A stretch of DNA of 64,000 bases from Woeseiaceae bacterium (GCA_036525955.1 DATCZJ010000013.1:2072-66071); one strand, 5' to 3'; positions 10,650-20,279 are shown, numbered from the stretch's first letter. Program-made: numbers and translations. Notes: a model not told the origin generated them from the sequence alone.

Positions 10650-11054
10650 TCGTCGCCCCGTCCTGGGTCGGCGACATGGTCATGGCCCAGGGGCTGTTCA
10701 AGCTCATCAAGTCACGAGAACCCGATCGCGCCCTCGACGTGCTGGCGCCCGACTGGTCCCTGCCCATTGTTGCGCGCATGCCGGAAGTGCGGCGCGCCAT
10801 CACCGCGGAAACCGGTCATGGCGAGAGCCGCCGCGGTCGTCGCGGATGGGGCGCACACACACGATGTTTGTAGCTCATCTTCGCCGAAATTCACGCCTCC
10901 ATTGACGAAAAGACGCGATATTCACTATCTGGGGCTCGACTGCAGTCCCTGCTTCGAGCGCGAGTGCCCCCTGGGGCATACGAACTGCCTGAAAAACCTG
11001 ACGCCGGACGCGATTTTCTCGAAAATCATCGAAAAAAGCCGAGAAAATCTCTGA
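10640..11054 (+). pseudogene. waaF: remnant of ADP-heptose--LPS heptosyltransferase II (waaF) with lost start, an internal deletion of about 200 codons and a frame change
   Basis: Frame 2 reads [22 protein letters not shown]...LAPDWSLPIVARMPEVRRAI..GHGE (WaaF N-terminus) with no upstream start codon, and stops at 10871-10873. Frame 3 (positions divisible by 3) then reads SSSPKFTPPLT...LDCSPCFERECPLGHTNCL (WaaF C-terminus) up to the stop at 11054. Only about 415 bp remain of an expected roughly 1 kb gene. Confidence 0.7.
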
Positions 11055-11167
11055 AAATCCTGAATACGATGTTTTATCCAGAAAGGCCAAAAATCGTCTT
11101 TCCAGCGACCAGCAATTCGATCCGACGTCAAAGTTATCCGCAATTTAGAGGAATTTAGCGGATTTTA

Positions 11168-12226
11168 TCAGCCTTTACTGAAAAATTCGTCGATCTTGTC
11201 GGTGACATCGCGGATCGTGATCAGGAGCATCGCATCCGGGTGTCGTACCCGACGGCCCCAGCGGACCGCTTCGCTGTCACTGGCGAGGTAGCGGCGCACC
11301 GCGTCCGGGTAACGATTCACCGTGTGCTCGCGCGACAGGTACGGCCCGGTCCGGCCGGGGTTGGACGTCGCGTAGAGCCCGATGACCGGGGTGCCCAGTG
11401 CCGTGGCAATGTGCGCCGGCCCCGAGTCCGGGCAGATGACGCAGTCAGCTGCCTGGATCAGCGCCGCAAGCTGGCGCAGGGTAGTTCTGCCTGCCAGGTC
11501 ATCCGCGCCGGACGCCGCGGCGAGCGCCTGGCCATAGGCCTTCTCAAGGTCGCTCGGCCCGCCGGTGACGACGACGTGGCAGCCGTGTCTTGTCTCCAGG
11601 TGCCGGATCACGGCCGCATAATTCTCGATGCTCCAGTTCCGGTAATTTCTGCTGCGCTGGCTGCTGAGCGGGCTGACGACGACAAGGGGTCGATCGGGAT
11701 CGACGTAGCGCCGCGCATACTCCCGGTCAGCATCCGGCAGTGGAATATCCCAGCGCAGCGGCGTCTCGGCCGCGCCGATCGCCGTTGCGAAACCCATCAT
11801 CGCTTCGAGCGCATGTTCGCCGCGGGCCGCCGGAATCCGGGCATCGGTGAACAGCCACTGGAAGTCCCTGGCGCGGGCGCGATCGAAACCCAGCCTGCAT
11901 CCGGCCGGAAAGCCGCGATAGAGCCGGTTGACGCGCCACGAGGCGTGCATGCACAGCGCGACGTCGAAGTGCCGGCCCGCGAGCGCGGTGCGGACGTCAC
12001 GGTAGGCAGTGCTGCCGCGCGCCTTGTCGAAGACCACGAGTTCGACATCCGGGATGAGTGACATCAGCGTGGCCTCGGTCCTGCCGATGATCCAGGTGAT
12101 GCGGCACTCCGGCCAGTTGTCCTGCAGTCGGCGGATGACCGCGAGGGCGTGACAGGTATCGCCGATGGCCGACAGGCGGACGACACAAAGGTCGCGCGGC
12201 TTCGATTGAAGATTCAATTCAGGCAC
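11168..12226 (-). CDS. glycosyltransferase family 9 protein (LPS heptosyltransferase-like)
   Basis: 352 aa with the GT9 features VVRLSAIGDTCHA near the N-terminus and CPDSGPAHIATALGTPVIGLY near the C-terminus. It lies in an LPS-core context. Confidence 0.85.
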   Translation of the reverse strand: MPELNLQSKPRDLCVVRLSAIGDTCHALAVIRRLQDNWPECRITWIIGRTEATLMSLIPDVELVVFDKARGSTAYRDVRTALAGRHFDVALCMHASWRVNRLYRGFPAGCRLGFDRARARDFQWLFTDARIPAARGEHALEAMMGFATAIGAAETPLRWDIPLPDADREYARRYVDPDRPLVVVSPLSSQRSRNYRNWSIENYAAVIRHLETRHGCHVVVTGGPSDLEKAYGQALAAASGADDLAGRTTLRQLAALIQAADCVICPDSGPAHIATALGTPVIGLYATSNPGRTGPYLSREHTVNRYPDAVRRYLASDSEAVRWGRRVRHPDAMLLITIRDVTDKIDEFFSKG

Positions 12227-12264
12227 TATCGAGTCTGGCTGTTGGAGAAACGAGGACGGCTCCG

Positions 12265-12996
12265 TTGACCGAAACCGTCGAGAAGACCGCGACCGGCGCC
12301 ATCGTATACGATAAGGCCATCATCAACCAGATTTCCGATGCGCGCTTCGCGTCCGAAGGCTGGCTGCACGCCGAGTTGCTGACAGGTGCGCTGCGCTCGG
12401 GCGGGCGTGGCCGCACGATGTTCGTGGGCAACGTGCCGCGCCAGTTCGTCCTGCGCCATTACGTGCGCGGCGGGCTCGTCGGCAAGCTCGTGAACGACCT
12501 GTACGTCTTTTCGGGCGAGGACAGAACGCGCTCGTTCCTGGAGTGGCGCTTGCTGGACAAGCTCGCGTCGAACAACCTGCGCGTCCCTCGGCCCGCCGCC
12601 GCGAGGTATCGTCGGCGCGGCCCGTTCTATACGGCGGACATCATCACCGTGCGCATCCCGGGTGTGACATCGTTGTCCGAGTACATCGCGGTGAACCGCG
12701 TGGGCGAAACGTTCTGGCAGACGCTCGGCGCAGCGATATACGGCTTTCACAAGGTCGGCGTCTACCATGCCGACATGAACGCCTATAACCTGCAGATCGA
12801 CCAGGAAGGCGAACTCTGGATGCTCGACTTCGACAAGGGCGCACTCAAGACGCCGGGGCCCTGGCAGCAACAGACGCTGAGCCGTCTGCAACGCTCGCTG
12901 CACAAAGTCGTGGCACTCGATCCGAAGATCGATTTCCGCGCGTCCAACTGGGAGCAACTGCTGGAGGGTTATTTCAACGCGTCGAGATCGGCGTAA
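12265..12996 (+). CDS. kdkA: 3-deoxy-D-manno-octulosonic acid (Kdo) kinase
   Basis: TTG start is preceded by a GAGGA Shine-Dalgarno. The 243-aa product has VLRHYVRGG and the kinase catalytic loop YHADMNAYN, as in KdkA. It sits among LPS-core genes. Confidence 0.8.
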   Translation: MTETVEKTATGAIVYDKAIINQISDARFASEGWLHAELLTGALRSGGRGRTMFVGNVPRQFVLRHYVRGGLVGKLVNDLYVFSGEDRTRSFLEWRLLDKLASNNLRVPRPAAARYRRRGPFYTADIITVRIPGVTSLSEYIAVNRVGETFWQTLGAAIYGFHKVGVYHADMNAYNLQIDQEGELWMLDFDKGALKTPGPWQQQTLSRLQRSLHKVVALDPKIDFRASNWEQLLEGYFNASRSA

Positions 12997-13907
12997 GCGT
13001 CGGGATATTCCGGCGGCAGATCCTTGAATTTCCGATGGATCCAGAAATACTGTTCCGGACAGGTCAGGATGTGCTTTTCAAGCAGGTCTACGTAGCGACG
13101 CGTATCGGCAACCGGGTCCTCGGAGGGGAAATCCTCGAACGGTGGATACAGGGTCAGGACGTAGCTCGAGTCTTCCATTCTGCGCGGGAAGAACGGTACG
13201 ACGATGGCGTCGCCGAGCCTCGCGAGCGCCGACGTCGCAGTCGTGTGCATGCAGGGAGCGCCGAAAAACGGGATGACTTCTGCGCCCTTGCGGTTGTAGC
13301 TTTGATCGGGCGCATACCAGACGGCGCGATTGTCCCGCAGGCTGCGCACCATCTTCTTGATGTCGCGTTTCTCGATCGTGGTGTCGGCCGACTTTTCCCG
13401 CCCGCTGCGCTGCAGTTCCGTCATGAATGCGCTGCGGTTCCTGCGAAAGACGGCGTCGAAAGGCGGCGTCCTCAATTTCAGCAGCCGGCCCATGACCTCG
13501 AGCGTCGTGAAGTGTGCGCTCAGCAGGATGACGCCGCGACCGGTGCCGAGCGCGGCCTGCAGGTGCTCCAGCCCTTCGAGCTTCGAGATCCGTTCGATAT
13601 GCGCATCGCTGGCCCAGCGGCCCAGCCCCATTTCGATCAGCGCCATCCCGAGCGCGTCGAAATGACGACGTGCCAGCGCGTCCCGCCCGGACGGCGACAG
13701 GTCGGGGAAACAGAGTTCCAGGTTGCGCCGGACGATCGCGACCCGCGAGCCGCCAGTCGCGTGGGCCAGGCGTCCGAGGAGGCGACCTGCGGCGAGGGCC
13801 ATGCGATGGGGCAACAGGCAGACGAGTCGCAAGAGCCCCATGCCGAACCAGACCGGCCAGTACCGGGGTGCCCAGTAACTGGACAGGGGTTTGCGCGCTT
13901 CAGCCAT
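12969..13907 (-). CDS. lpxL: lipid A biosynthesis lauroyl/acyl-ACP acyltransferase (LpxL/HtrB family)
   Basis: 312 aa with an N-terminal PRYWPVW membrane anchor and the catalytic SAHFTTLE (HX4E) motif typical of LpxL. Its 3' end overlaps kdkA by 28 bp. Confidence 0.85.
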   Translation of the reverse strand: MAEARKPLSSYWAPRYWPVWFGMGLLRLVCLLPHRMALAAGRLLGRLAHATGGSRVAIVRRNLELCFPDLSPSGRDALARRHFDALGMALIEMGLGRWASDAHIERISKLEGLEHLQAALGTGRGVILLSAHFTTLEVMGRLLKLRTPPFDAVFRRNRSAFMTELQRSGREKSADTTIEKRDIKKMVRSLRDNRAVWYAPDQSYNRKGAEVIPFFGAPCMHTTATSALARLGDAIVVPFFPRRMEDSSYVLTLYPPFEDFPSEDPVADTRRYVDLLEKHILTCPEQYFWIHRKFKDLPPEYPDAYADLDALK

Positions 13908-13940
13908 GGATGAACAGTGTAACCGCCAGGGAGGGGCAGT

Positions 13941-15242
13941 TTACTCGGACATGCCGTCTACGTAACCACCGTGATCGGACCTGCGCGTCCCGTCGATCGG
14001 GCTGACATCGTCCTGGGAAAAGTCGTCCGCCTGGATGCCGACGTGGAAGGCGGCAAAGCCGGGCATCACGACCTGGTTGCGTGCCATGCCGATGACGCGG
14101 CCCGCGTACGGCGACCGGAGTTCGCTGCGCGCATTGCTCATCGGGTCGGTGATCGTGCCGAGCAGGTCGCCTTTGCGTACCGTGCTGCCGAGGCTGACGT
14201 TCGCAAGCAGTATGCCGCCGTTATTGGCCCGTACCCAGGAAGACCGGTAGTAAACGGGCTCCGGCTCGCCCCAGAGGCGATTTCGCTTCACCATGCCGAG
14301 CGTGGACAGCAGCGTTTCGATGCCTTTTACGCCGTCCTTGACCTCATTGAGTTCGAGTTCGGTCGGCCCGCCGGCTTCGACCGTCACGGCCGGAATGCCC
14401 GCGAGGGTCGCGGCATGCCGCAGCGTGCCGATCGTCGGTTCGCTGTGCAGTACCACCATCGAGCCGAATCCCAGCGTCAGCGTTACGACGTCCGGGTTCC
14501 TGAGATCCGCGCGAATCTGCGGCAGGTTGGCGCGCTCGAAAGATCCCGTATGCAGGTCGACGAGTGCATCGCAATGGGCGACCAGGTCGGTGAACAGCGA
14601 GTGCGCAATGCGCGCAGCCGCGCTGCCGTTGGGGTTGCCCGGAAAATACCGGTTGAGATCGCGACGGTCGGGCAGGTAGCGCGAACCACGCCTGAACCCC
14701 TGCACGTTGACGATCGGAACGCCGATCAGGGCGCCGGAAAGCTTGTCCGGTTCGATGTCATGCATGACGCGACGGACGATTTCGATGCCGTTGAGTTCGT
14801 CGCCATGGACTGCGGCCGTCAGGCAGAGCGTCGGCCCTGGCGACGTGCCGTTGACGACCAGCACCGGGGTCGAAACCGGGACGCCTTCGAACAGCTCGGT
14901 TGCCGACCAGGACAGGCGGTGTGCCGTGCCGGGCAGGATTTCCTGCTCCAGCAACCACAGCGGTTCCGCCAGTCCCTCGGCAGCCGTGACCGCGTCAGCG
15001 AGCGGCACGTCGTGCACGTGCAGAGGAATCGCGTCGACGAATTCCTCGGCATCCGCGGTCGCCTCGCTCGAGCGCGCGTCGTCGCCGTCTTCCGAGTCCG
15101 TGAGCAGGTCCACGCCGTTGCCGGTCGGCTCGACGGCGTTTTCGCCGGCCCACGACGGCCCGGCGAGTGCGCCGAGGCCGGCGAACACGAGTAGCTGGAA
15201 AATACGCAGCAACCTGTTAGATTGTTTCGAAATGGCGCTCAT
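13941..15242 (-). CDS. secreted succinylglutamate desuccinylase/aspartoacylase-family (M14-like) zinc peptidase/deacylase
   Basis: A signal peptide is followed by the HGDELNG zinc-binding motif of the AstE/AspA family. The total length is 433 aa. Confidence 0.8.
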   Translation of the reverse strand: MSAISKQSNRLLRIFQLLVFAGLGALAGPSWAGENAVEPTGNGVDLLTDSEDGDDARSSEATADAEEFVDAIPLHVHDVPLADAVTAAEGLAEPLWLLEQEILPGTAHRLSWSATELFEGVPVSTPVLVVNGTSPGPTLCLTAAVHGDELNGIEIVRRVMHDIEPDKLSGALIGVPIVNVQGFRRGSRYLPDRRDLNRYFPGNPNGSAAARIAHSLFTDLVAHCDALVDLHTGSFERANLPQIRADLRNPDVVTLTLGFGSMVVLHSEPTIGTLRHAATLAGIPAVTVEAGGPTELELNEVKDGVKGIETLLSTLGMVKRNRLWGEPEPVYYRSSWVRANNGGILLANVSLGSTVRKGDLLGTITDPMSNARSELRSPYAGRVIGMARNQVVMPGFAAFHVGIQADDFSQDDVSPIDGTRRSDHGGYVDGMSE

Positions 15243-15283
15243 ACGACGCTAAAAATACAGGAAAAACCAGAGATTTCCGTGAT

Positions 15284-17239
15284 GTGGTGTGTATTTTGCG
15301 ATTGAAACCGGTATCACGCCAAAAGACAAGCTTCGGCGCCTTTTGGTTCCCATTGATCCTGATCGTCGCAGGCGCGGCCGGCGCGACAGAGACGTTTCCC
15401 CGGCCGGCCGAGCTCGAGCCCGACATCGCGTTCTGGGTGTCGATATTTTCCGAGGTCGCAACGGGCCAGGGCCTGCTGCACGACAACCGCAATCTCGGCG
15501 TGGTTTACGAGCGCCTCGACGTGCCCGCGGATCTATCGCGGCGGGAGCGCGAGCGCCGGATCGAGCGCAGGCGCCAGGCGCTGAAGGCGGCACTGCACCA
15601 ACTGTCGACCGGCAAGCGCGACAGCCTGACGGAACTCGAATCCCGGGTGCTGGCGCTTTGGGGCCCTGAAGTCACCAATGAGACGCTGGCCGCCGCCGCC
15701 GGCCGGATCCGCTTCCAGCAGGGACTTGCCGAGCGGTTCAGAAGCGGCCTGGAACGGTCTGGCCGCTGGCGCGAATATGTTCGCCAGCAATTTACGGCAC
15801 TCGGTGTGCCGCCGGAACTCGTCGCGCTGCCGCACGTCGAGTCCTCCTACAACCCGGATGCGCGATCGCATGTCGGCGCGTCGGGAATCTGGCAATTCAC
15901 CCGGAGCACGGGCCGGCGATTCATGCGTGTCGATCACGTCGTCGACGAACGCAACGACCCGTTCGCGGCCACTCGCGCGGCTGGCCGGCTGCTCGCCTAC
16001 AATTACTCCATCGCCGGCAACTGGCCGATGGCGATCACGGCGTATAACCACGGGCTGTCAGGTGTCCGTCGCGCCATGCGGCAGCACGGCGATACCGCCT
16101 ACGTCGATATTCTGCGCAACTACAACGGCCGAACTTTCGGTTTCGCCTCGCGCAATTTCTATGTCGCGTTTCTCGCCGCCCTGCAGATCGATCAGGACCC
16201 CGAACGCTATTTTCCGGGCGTCACGACGCAGGCACCCGAAGACTACGCCGTGGCGCGCCTGCCCGCGTTTGTCTCGGCCGACGGGCTGGGTCGCGCGCTC
16301 GGTGTCACGCCTGCCGAAATTGCGAGGCACAATCCCGGCCTGCAGGCGACCGTCTGGCAGGGCAGCAAGCACTTGCCGAAAGGCTACGAATTGCGGATGC
16401 CGGTCGCGCGTGTCAGCGGCTCGCTGCAGGAGCTGCTGGCGGGCCTGCCCGCGGATGCCCTCTTCGACGAACAATTGCCGGACCTGTTCCATACAGTGGC
16501 CCGCGGCGACACCTTGTCCGAAATAGCGGTGACTTATGACACGCGCGTCTCGACGCTGGTGGCGCTGAATAACCTCGGCAGCAGCCACCGCATCCGGGCA
16601 GGGCAGCAGCTGCGTTTACCGGCTGCGGGCCCGGCGCCCAAACCCATCGTGCTGGCCGCGACCGCCATCGCGGCCGAACCCGAACCTGAACCCGAAGCCG
16701 AGCCGGAAGAGGCAATCATCGAGCTTGAGGAAATCACGCCCGCGGCGCTCGCCGGCGATCTCGAGGTGTCGGAGGATGTCGCGATACAGACCGCGCTGCT
16801 TTCGGATCCCAGCGACTACAGCGTCGCGGACGACGGCACGATCGAGGTGCAGCCGCTGGAGACACTGGGTCACTACGGCGACTGGCTGGAAATCAAGACG
16901 CAGCGCCTGCGTGACCTGAACGGCCTGGCGTTCCGCACGCCCGTCGAAGTCGGCCAGCGCATCCGGCTCGACCTCGGCAAGGTGGACGCGAAGCGCTTCG
17001 AGGAGCGTCGTGTCGCCTACCAGCGCGAACAACAGGACAGCTTTTTCAGGCGCCACGCGATCACCGGCGTTACCGAGCATACGATCCGCGAGGGCGAATC
17101 GGTGTGGGTGCTCGCGCTGCGGCGCTACGAAGTGCCCATCTGGCTGTTCCGCCAGTACAACCCGACGCTGGACCTGCACCGCGTGCAGCCCGGCGCGCGG
17201 GTGCAGATCCCGGTGCTGGCGGGCGCCGGCCCGAACTGA
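15284..17239 (+). CDS. mltD: lytic murein transglycosylase with LysM repeats (MltD-like)
   Basis: It has the SLT catalytic region VESSYNPDARSHVGASGIWQFT and two LysM-like segments (HTVARGDTLSEIAVTY..., HTIREGESVWVLALRY...). The GTG start is uncertain. Confidence 0.85.
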   Translation: MVCILRLKPVSRQKTSFGAFWFPLILIVAGAAGATETFPRPAELEPDIAFWVSIFSEVATGQGLLHDNRNLGVVYERLDVPADLSRRERERRIERRRQALKAALHQLSTGKRDSLTELESRVLALWGPEVTNETLAAAAGRIRFQQGLAERFRSGLERSGRWREYVRQQFTALGVPPELVALPHVESSYNPDARSHVGASGIWQFTRSTGRRFMRVDHVVDERNDPFAATRAAGRLLAYNYSIAGNWPMAITAYNHGLSGVRRAMRQHGDTAYVDILRNYNGRTFGFASRNFYVAFLAALQIDQDPERYFPGVTTQAPEDYAVARLPAFVSADGLGRALGVTPAEIARHNPGLQATVWQGSKHLPKGYELRMPVARVSGSLQELLAGLPADALFDEQLPDLFHTVARGDTLSEIAVTYDTRVSTLVALNNLGSSHRIRAGQQLRLPAAGPAPKPIVLAATAIAAEPEPEPEAEPEEAIIELEEITPAALAGDLEVSEDVAIQTALLSDPSDYSVADDGTIEVQPLETLGHYGDWLEIKTQRLRDLNGLAFRTPVEVGQRIRLDLGKVDAKRFEERRVAYQREQQDSFFRRHAITGVTEHTIREGESVWVLALRRYEVPIWLFRQYNPTLDLHRVQPGARVQIPVLAGAGPN

Positions 17240-17640
17240 TGCGGCTGGAAACCCGGTACCTGCTGCTGAGATTGTTGCCCGTGGTGCTCGTCGCCGTTGC
17301 CACGGGCCTGTGGTTCGCCGACGTGCAGCAGCGTGGGCCCTGGGTGTTGCGCAACCTCGTGCCGCTCGCGGTGCTGGTCGGCCTGGCCTGGCTGACCCTG
17401 CGCAGGGGTCGGGGAACCTGGTCCGGCGGCGGCATGCGCATGCCGCTCGGGACGATCGGCTTCGCCATTCCGGCGCTGGGGCTGGCGTGTTATCTGCACT
17501 ATGCCTATGCCGTGAACCTGAACGACATGTTCGGCGGGGCTGAATTTCCGGACCGCGTTTTTCGTTACCTGCCCGCCTATACGCTGGTCGCTGGCGGCAT
17601 CGGCTTCGTCATCGGCTGGATCGTGGGCAGGCAGGTGTAG
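17239..17640 (+). CDS. hypothetical polytopic membrane protein (about 4 TM)
   Basis: The ATG overlaps the mltD-like stop (TGATG). The 133-aa hydrophobic product MRLETRYLLLRLLPVVLVAV... has no family motif that I recognise. Confidence 0.6.
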   Translation: MRLETRYLLLRLLPVVLVAVATGLWFADVQQRGPWVLRNLVPLAVLVGLAWLTLRRGRGTWSGGGMRMPLGTIGFAIPALGLACYLHYAYAVNLNDMFGGAEFPDRVFRYLPAYTLVAGGIGFVIGWIVGRQV

Positions 17641-17714
17641 TGTGAATTACGGCGTTTTACGACCACGCCATGTTTGTTAGGCTTTCCGGTAGTTCAGGAA
17701 TCGGCGGGGCGGGT

Positions 17715-18236
17715 ATGGCACGAATGCGCAGGACACTCGGAGACTACGGCAGGCTCGTCCTGCTCGTCTGTGTGCTCGGCGCACCCGCCACCATGCACGC
17801 GACCGAGTTTCCCGTCGCTGATCTCGTGCTGATCGAAAAAGCGGCGCGCAAGCTGCACCTCGTGAAGGGCGGGGAAATATTCAAAACCTTCAAGATTGCC
17901 CTCGGCATGGTGCCGGTTGGCGACAAGGAGTTCGAAGGCGACTTCAAAACCCCGGAAGGCCGTTACCTGCTGGATATGCGTAACCCGGACAGCGATTATT
18001 TCCTTGCCATCAGGATCTCCTACCCGAATGCGGCGGACCGCCGCGAGGCGCGCGAAAAAGGCGTGGATCCGGGTGGCGCCATCATGATTCACGGCCAGCC
18101 CAATGTGCCGACGCGCAGCGAGATGTATTATCACACGCAGGACTGGACGAACGGCTGCATCGCGGTTTCGAACTCGGACATGATCGACATCTGGCTGATG
18201 ACAGGTGAAAACACGCCGATTGAAATTCGTCCCTGA
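17715..18236 (+). CDS. L,D-transpeptidase (YkuD domain)
   Basis: A signal peptide follows MARMRR. The YkuD catalytic motifs IMIHGQPN and TNGCIAVSN are present. An alternative start lies at 17670. Confidence 0.85.
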   Translation: MARMRRTLGDYGRLVLLVCVLGAPATMHATEFPVADLVLIEKAARKLHLVKGGEIFKTFKIALGMVPVGDKEFEGDFKTPEGRYLLDMRNPDSDYFLAIRISYPNAADRREAREKGVDPGGAIMIHGQPNVPTRSEMYYHTQDWTNGCIAVSNSDMIDIWLMTGENTPIEIRP

Positions 18237-18253
18237 ACGGTTATCGCGCGTTG

Positions 18254-19627
18254 ATGAACAGAGTTGCCGATTTTGTGGACGCCGAGGTCTGGCCGGAGGG
18301 CAGCCTCGAGGTTCTCTCGCAGTTTGAAGTCGATCAGCTCCGCAGCAGCGGCACCGGCGGCCTGTATCCATTGTTGCGGCGCTGCATGCTGGCTGTTCTG
18401 AACGCGGACAGCAATACCGACGATGCGCGCAGGCTGCTGGAGCGCTTTCGCGATTTCGAAGTCGGGTTCATGCAGAAGGACCGCGGGCTCAAGGTGTCGC
18501 TCAGGAATGCGCCCGCGGAAGCATTCGTCGACGGCAAGATGATCCGCGGCACGCGTGAACTCCTGTTCGCCGTGTTGCGCGACCTGGTATTTGCGCGTAA
18601 TGAAATCTTCGATGCCGGCCGTTTCGACCTGGAACAGTCCGACGGCATTACCAATGCCGTGTTCCACATCGCGCGCAATGCCCGGCTGCTGACGCTGCCG
18701 GCGTCCGTCGATCTCGTCGTTTGCTGGGGCGGCCATGCCATCAGTCGCGAGGAATACGACTATTCCAAGAACGTCGGTTACGAAATCGGCCTGCGCGGCA
18801 TGAACGTCTGTACGGGTTGCGGTCCGGGCGCGATGAAAGGCCCGATGAAAGGCGCGACGATCGGTCACGCAAAACAGCGGATCCGGAGCGGCCGTTACGT
18901 GGGCATCACCGAGCCGGGCATCATCGCCGCCGAATCACCAAACCCGATCGTCAACGCGCTGGTCATCATGCCCGACATGGAGAAGCGCCTCGAGGCCTTC
19001 GTGCGTCTCGGCCACGGCATTATCGTGTTTCCCGGAGGCGTTGGCACCGCCGAAGAAATTCTCTACCTGCTCGGGGTCCTGCTGCATCCGGACAACGAGA
19101 ACCTGCCGTTCCCGATCGTCATGACGGGCCCGGCGTCCAGTGAGCCGTACTTCCAGCGCATCAACGAATTCGTCGGCGCGACGCTCGGCCCCGCCGCGCA
19201 AGGCCGCTACCGAATTGTCATCGACGATCCGGAAGAGGTCGCGCGGCAGATTCACGCCGGGCTCGACGACGTGCTCGCTTTCCGCAACGGGAACGGGGAC
19301 GCCTATTACTTCAACTGGCGCCTCCGGATCGAGGAAGATTTCCAAAGACCTTTCGTCGCGACGCATGCGGCGATGGCGGCGCTCGATCTTCGCGAGGACC
19401 TGCCGCCTCACGTGCTGGCCGTCAATCTGCGACGGGCGTTCTCGGGCATCGTTTCGGGCAATGTCCGCGAGGATACTGCCGAGCTGATCGACCGCGAAGG
19501 CCCGTTCGAAATCCGCGGCTCGAGTCGCCTCATGTCGCTCATGGATCGGCTGCTCGCGGATTTCGTCGAGCAGCGACGCATGAAGCTTTCGCCCAACGGT
19601 TACACGCCGTGCTACGTGATTAAGTAA
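18254..19627 (+). CDS. ppnN: nucleotide 5'-monophosphate nucleosidase PpnN (LOG-family)
   Basis: It is colinear with E. coli PpnN/YgdH: VVCWGGH, CTGCGPGAMKGPMKGA, PGIIAAE.PNP, MPDMEKRLEAFVR, FPGGVGTAEE and the C-terminal RMKL...PCY. Confidence 0.9.
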   Translation: MNRVADFVDAEVWPEGSLEVLSQFEVDQLRSSGTGGLYPLLRRCMLAVLNADSNTDDARRLLERFRDFEVGFMQKDRGLKVSLRNAPAEAFVDGKMIRGTRELLFAVLRDLVFARNEIFDAGRFDLEQSDGITNAVFHIARNARLLTLPASVDLVVCWGGHAISREEYDYSKNVGYEIGLRGMNVCTGCGPGAMKGPMKGATIGHAKQRIRSGRYVGITEPGIIAAESPNPIVNALVIMPDMEKRLEAFVRLGHGIIVFPGGVGTAEEILYLLGVLLHPDNENLPFPIVMTGPASSEPYFQRINEFVGATLGPAAQGRYRIVIDDPEEVARQIHAGLDDVLAFRNGNGDAYYFNWRLRIEEDFQRPFVATHAAMAALDLREDLPPHVLAVNLRRAFSGIVSGNVREDTAELIDREGPFEIRGSSRLMSLMDRLLADFVEQRRMKLSPNGYTPCYVIK

Positions 19628-19747
19628 AGCCAAAAGCTAACATACTGTTTTGCATAGAAAATAGCGGTTTCCGCATTGTGATGCAGTTCCTGTGATGAGC
19701 GGCGCTTCGCACTTAACATTTGCTCAAAGGATTGGACGGGAAGGCCA

Positions 19748-20023
19748 ATGCCAGACAGCAAACAGATGAAGTGGGCGGAACGTTACGGCAGGGAAGCCGC
19801 GACCGACACCGCAGTAGCCGACACGACCGTGCCCGTTAACGAGCCGGCCGCGAATGATGCCGACGGATGGCAGCAGTATCGTCGCTGGATCTCGAAGGCA
19901 CCCGCCCCCCGTGGGCATCGCTCCGGCATCGACCCGGCGCTTTATTCGTGGAAGGGCTATCGGGACTGGACCGACAAAGTGAAGAGAAACTGGACCAAGG
20001 AAGACCGCGAAAAGAAGAGCTGA
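19748..20023 (+). CDS. hypothetical small basic/Trp-rich protein (91 aa)
   Basis: The ORF has a GGACGGGAAGG Shine-Dalgarno region and is followed by a strong intrinsic terminator. I recognise no family. Confidence 0.5.
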   Translation: MPDSKQMKWAERYGREAATDTAVADTTVPVNEPAANDADGWQQYRRWISKAPAPRGHRSGIDPALYSWKGYRDWTDKVKRNWTKEDREKKS

Positions 20024-20050
20024 GCAGAAGCTGTTCGAGTTATTGTCAAA

Positions 20051-20083
20051 GCAACGCCGGCCGCAAGCCGGCGTTGCTTTTTT
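20051..20083 (+). terminator. rho-independent terminator
   Basis: An 11-bp GC-rich stem (GCAACGCCGGC / GCCGGCGTTGC) with a 5-nt loop is followed by T6, 28 nt after the stop at 20023. Confidence 0.75.
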
Positions 20084-20279
20084 AGTGTGTCATTGATGTT
20101 GCGATCGCCCGCACTGGTGATGTGAAACCAGTCGCGAAATCGGGCGGTACTGCGTCAGGTTTTTCGTCATTGGTCGTCGTGATCCGCATGCCGACGAGCA
20201 AGCTGTGATCTGCCTCACGGCCCAAATCAGGGGTCCGGATTATAGTCCGCCTCAACAACGACCTTTCGCCGAAACGAGT

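Noticed and set aside
11074-11173. Three DnaA-box-like 9-mers (TTATCCAGA, TTATCCGCA, TTATCAGCC) in the low-GC tail after the waaF remnant.
   Set aside because: Each has at least one mismatch to TTATCCACA. There is no AT-rich unwinding element or dnaA/gidA-type context. Chance occurrence in AT-rich sequence is likely.
16669-16712. EPEPEPEAEPEE acidic Pro-Glu stretch in the MltD-like gene, considered as a second repeat locus.
   Set aside because: It has only about 5 imperfect units. This is an ordinary interdomain linker.
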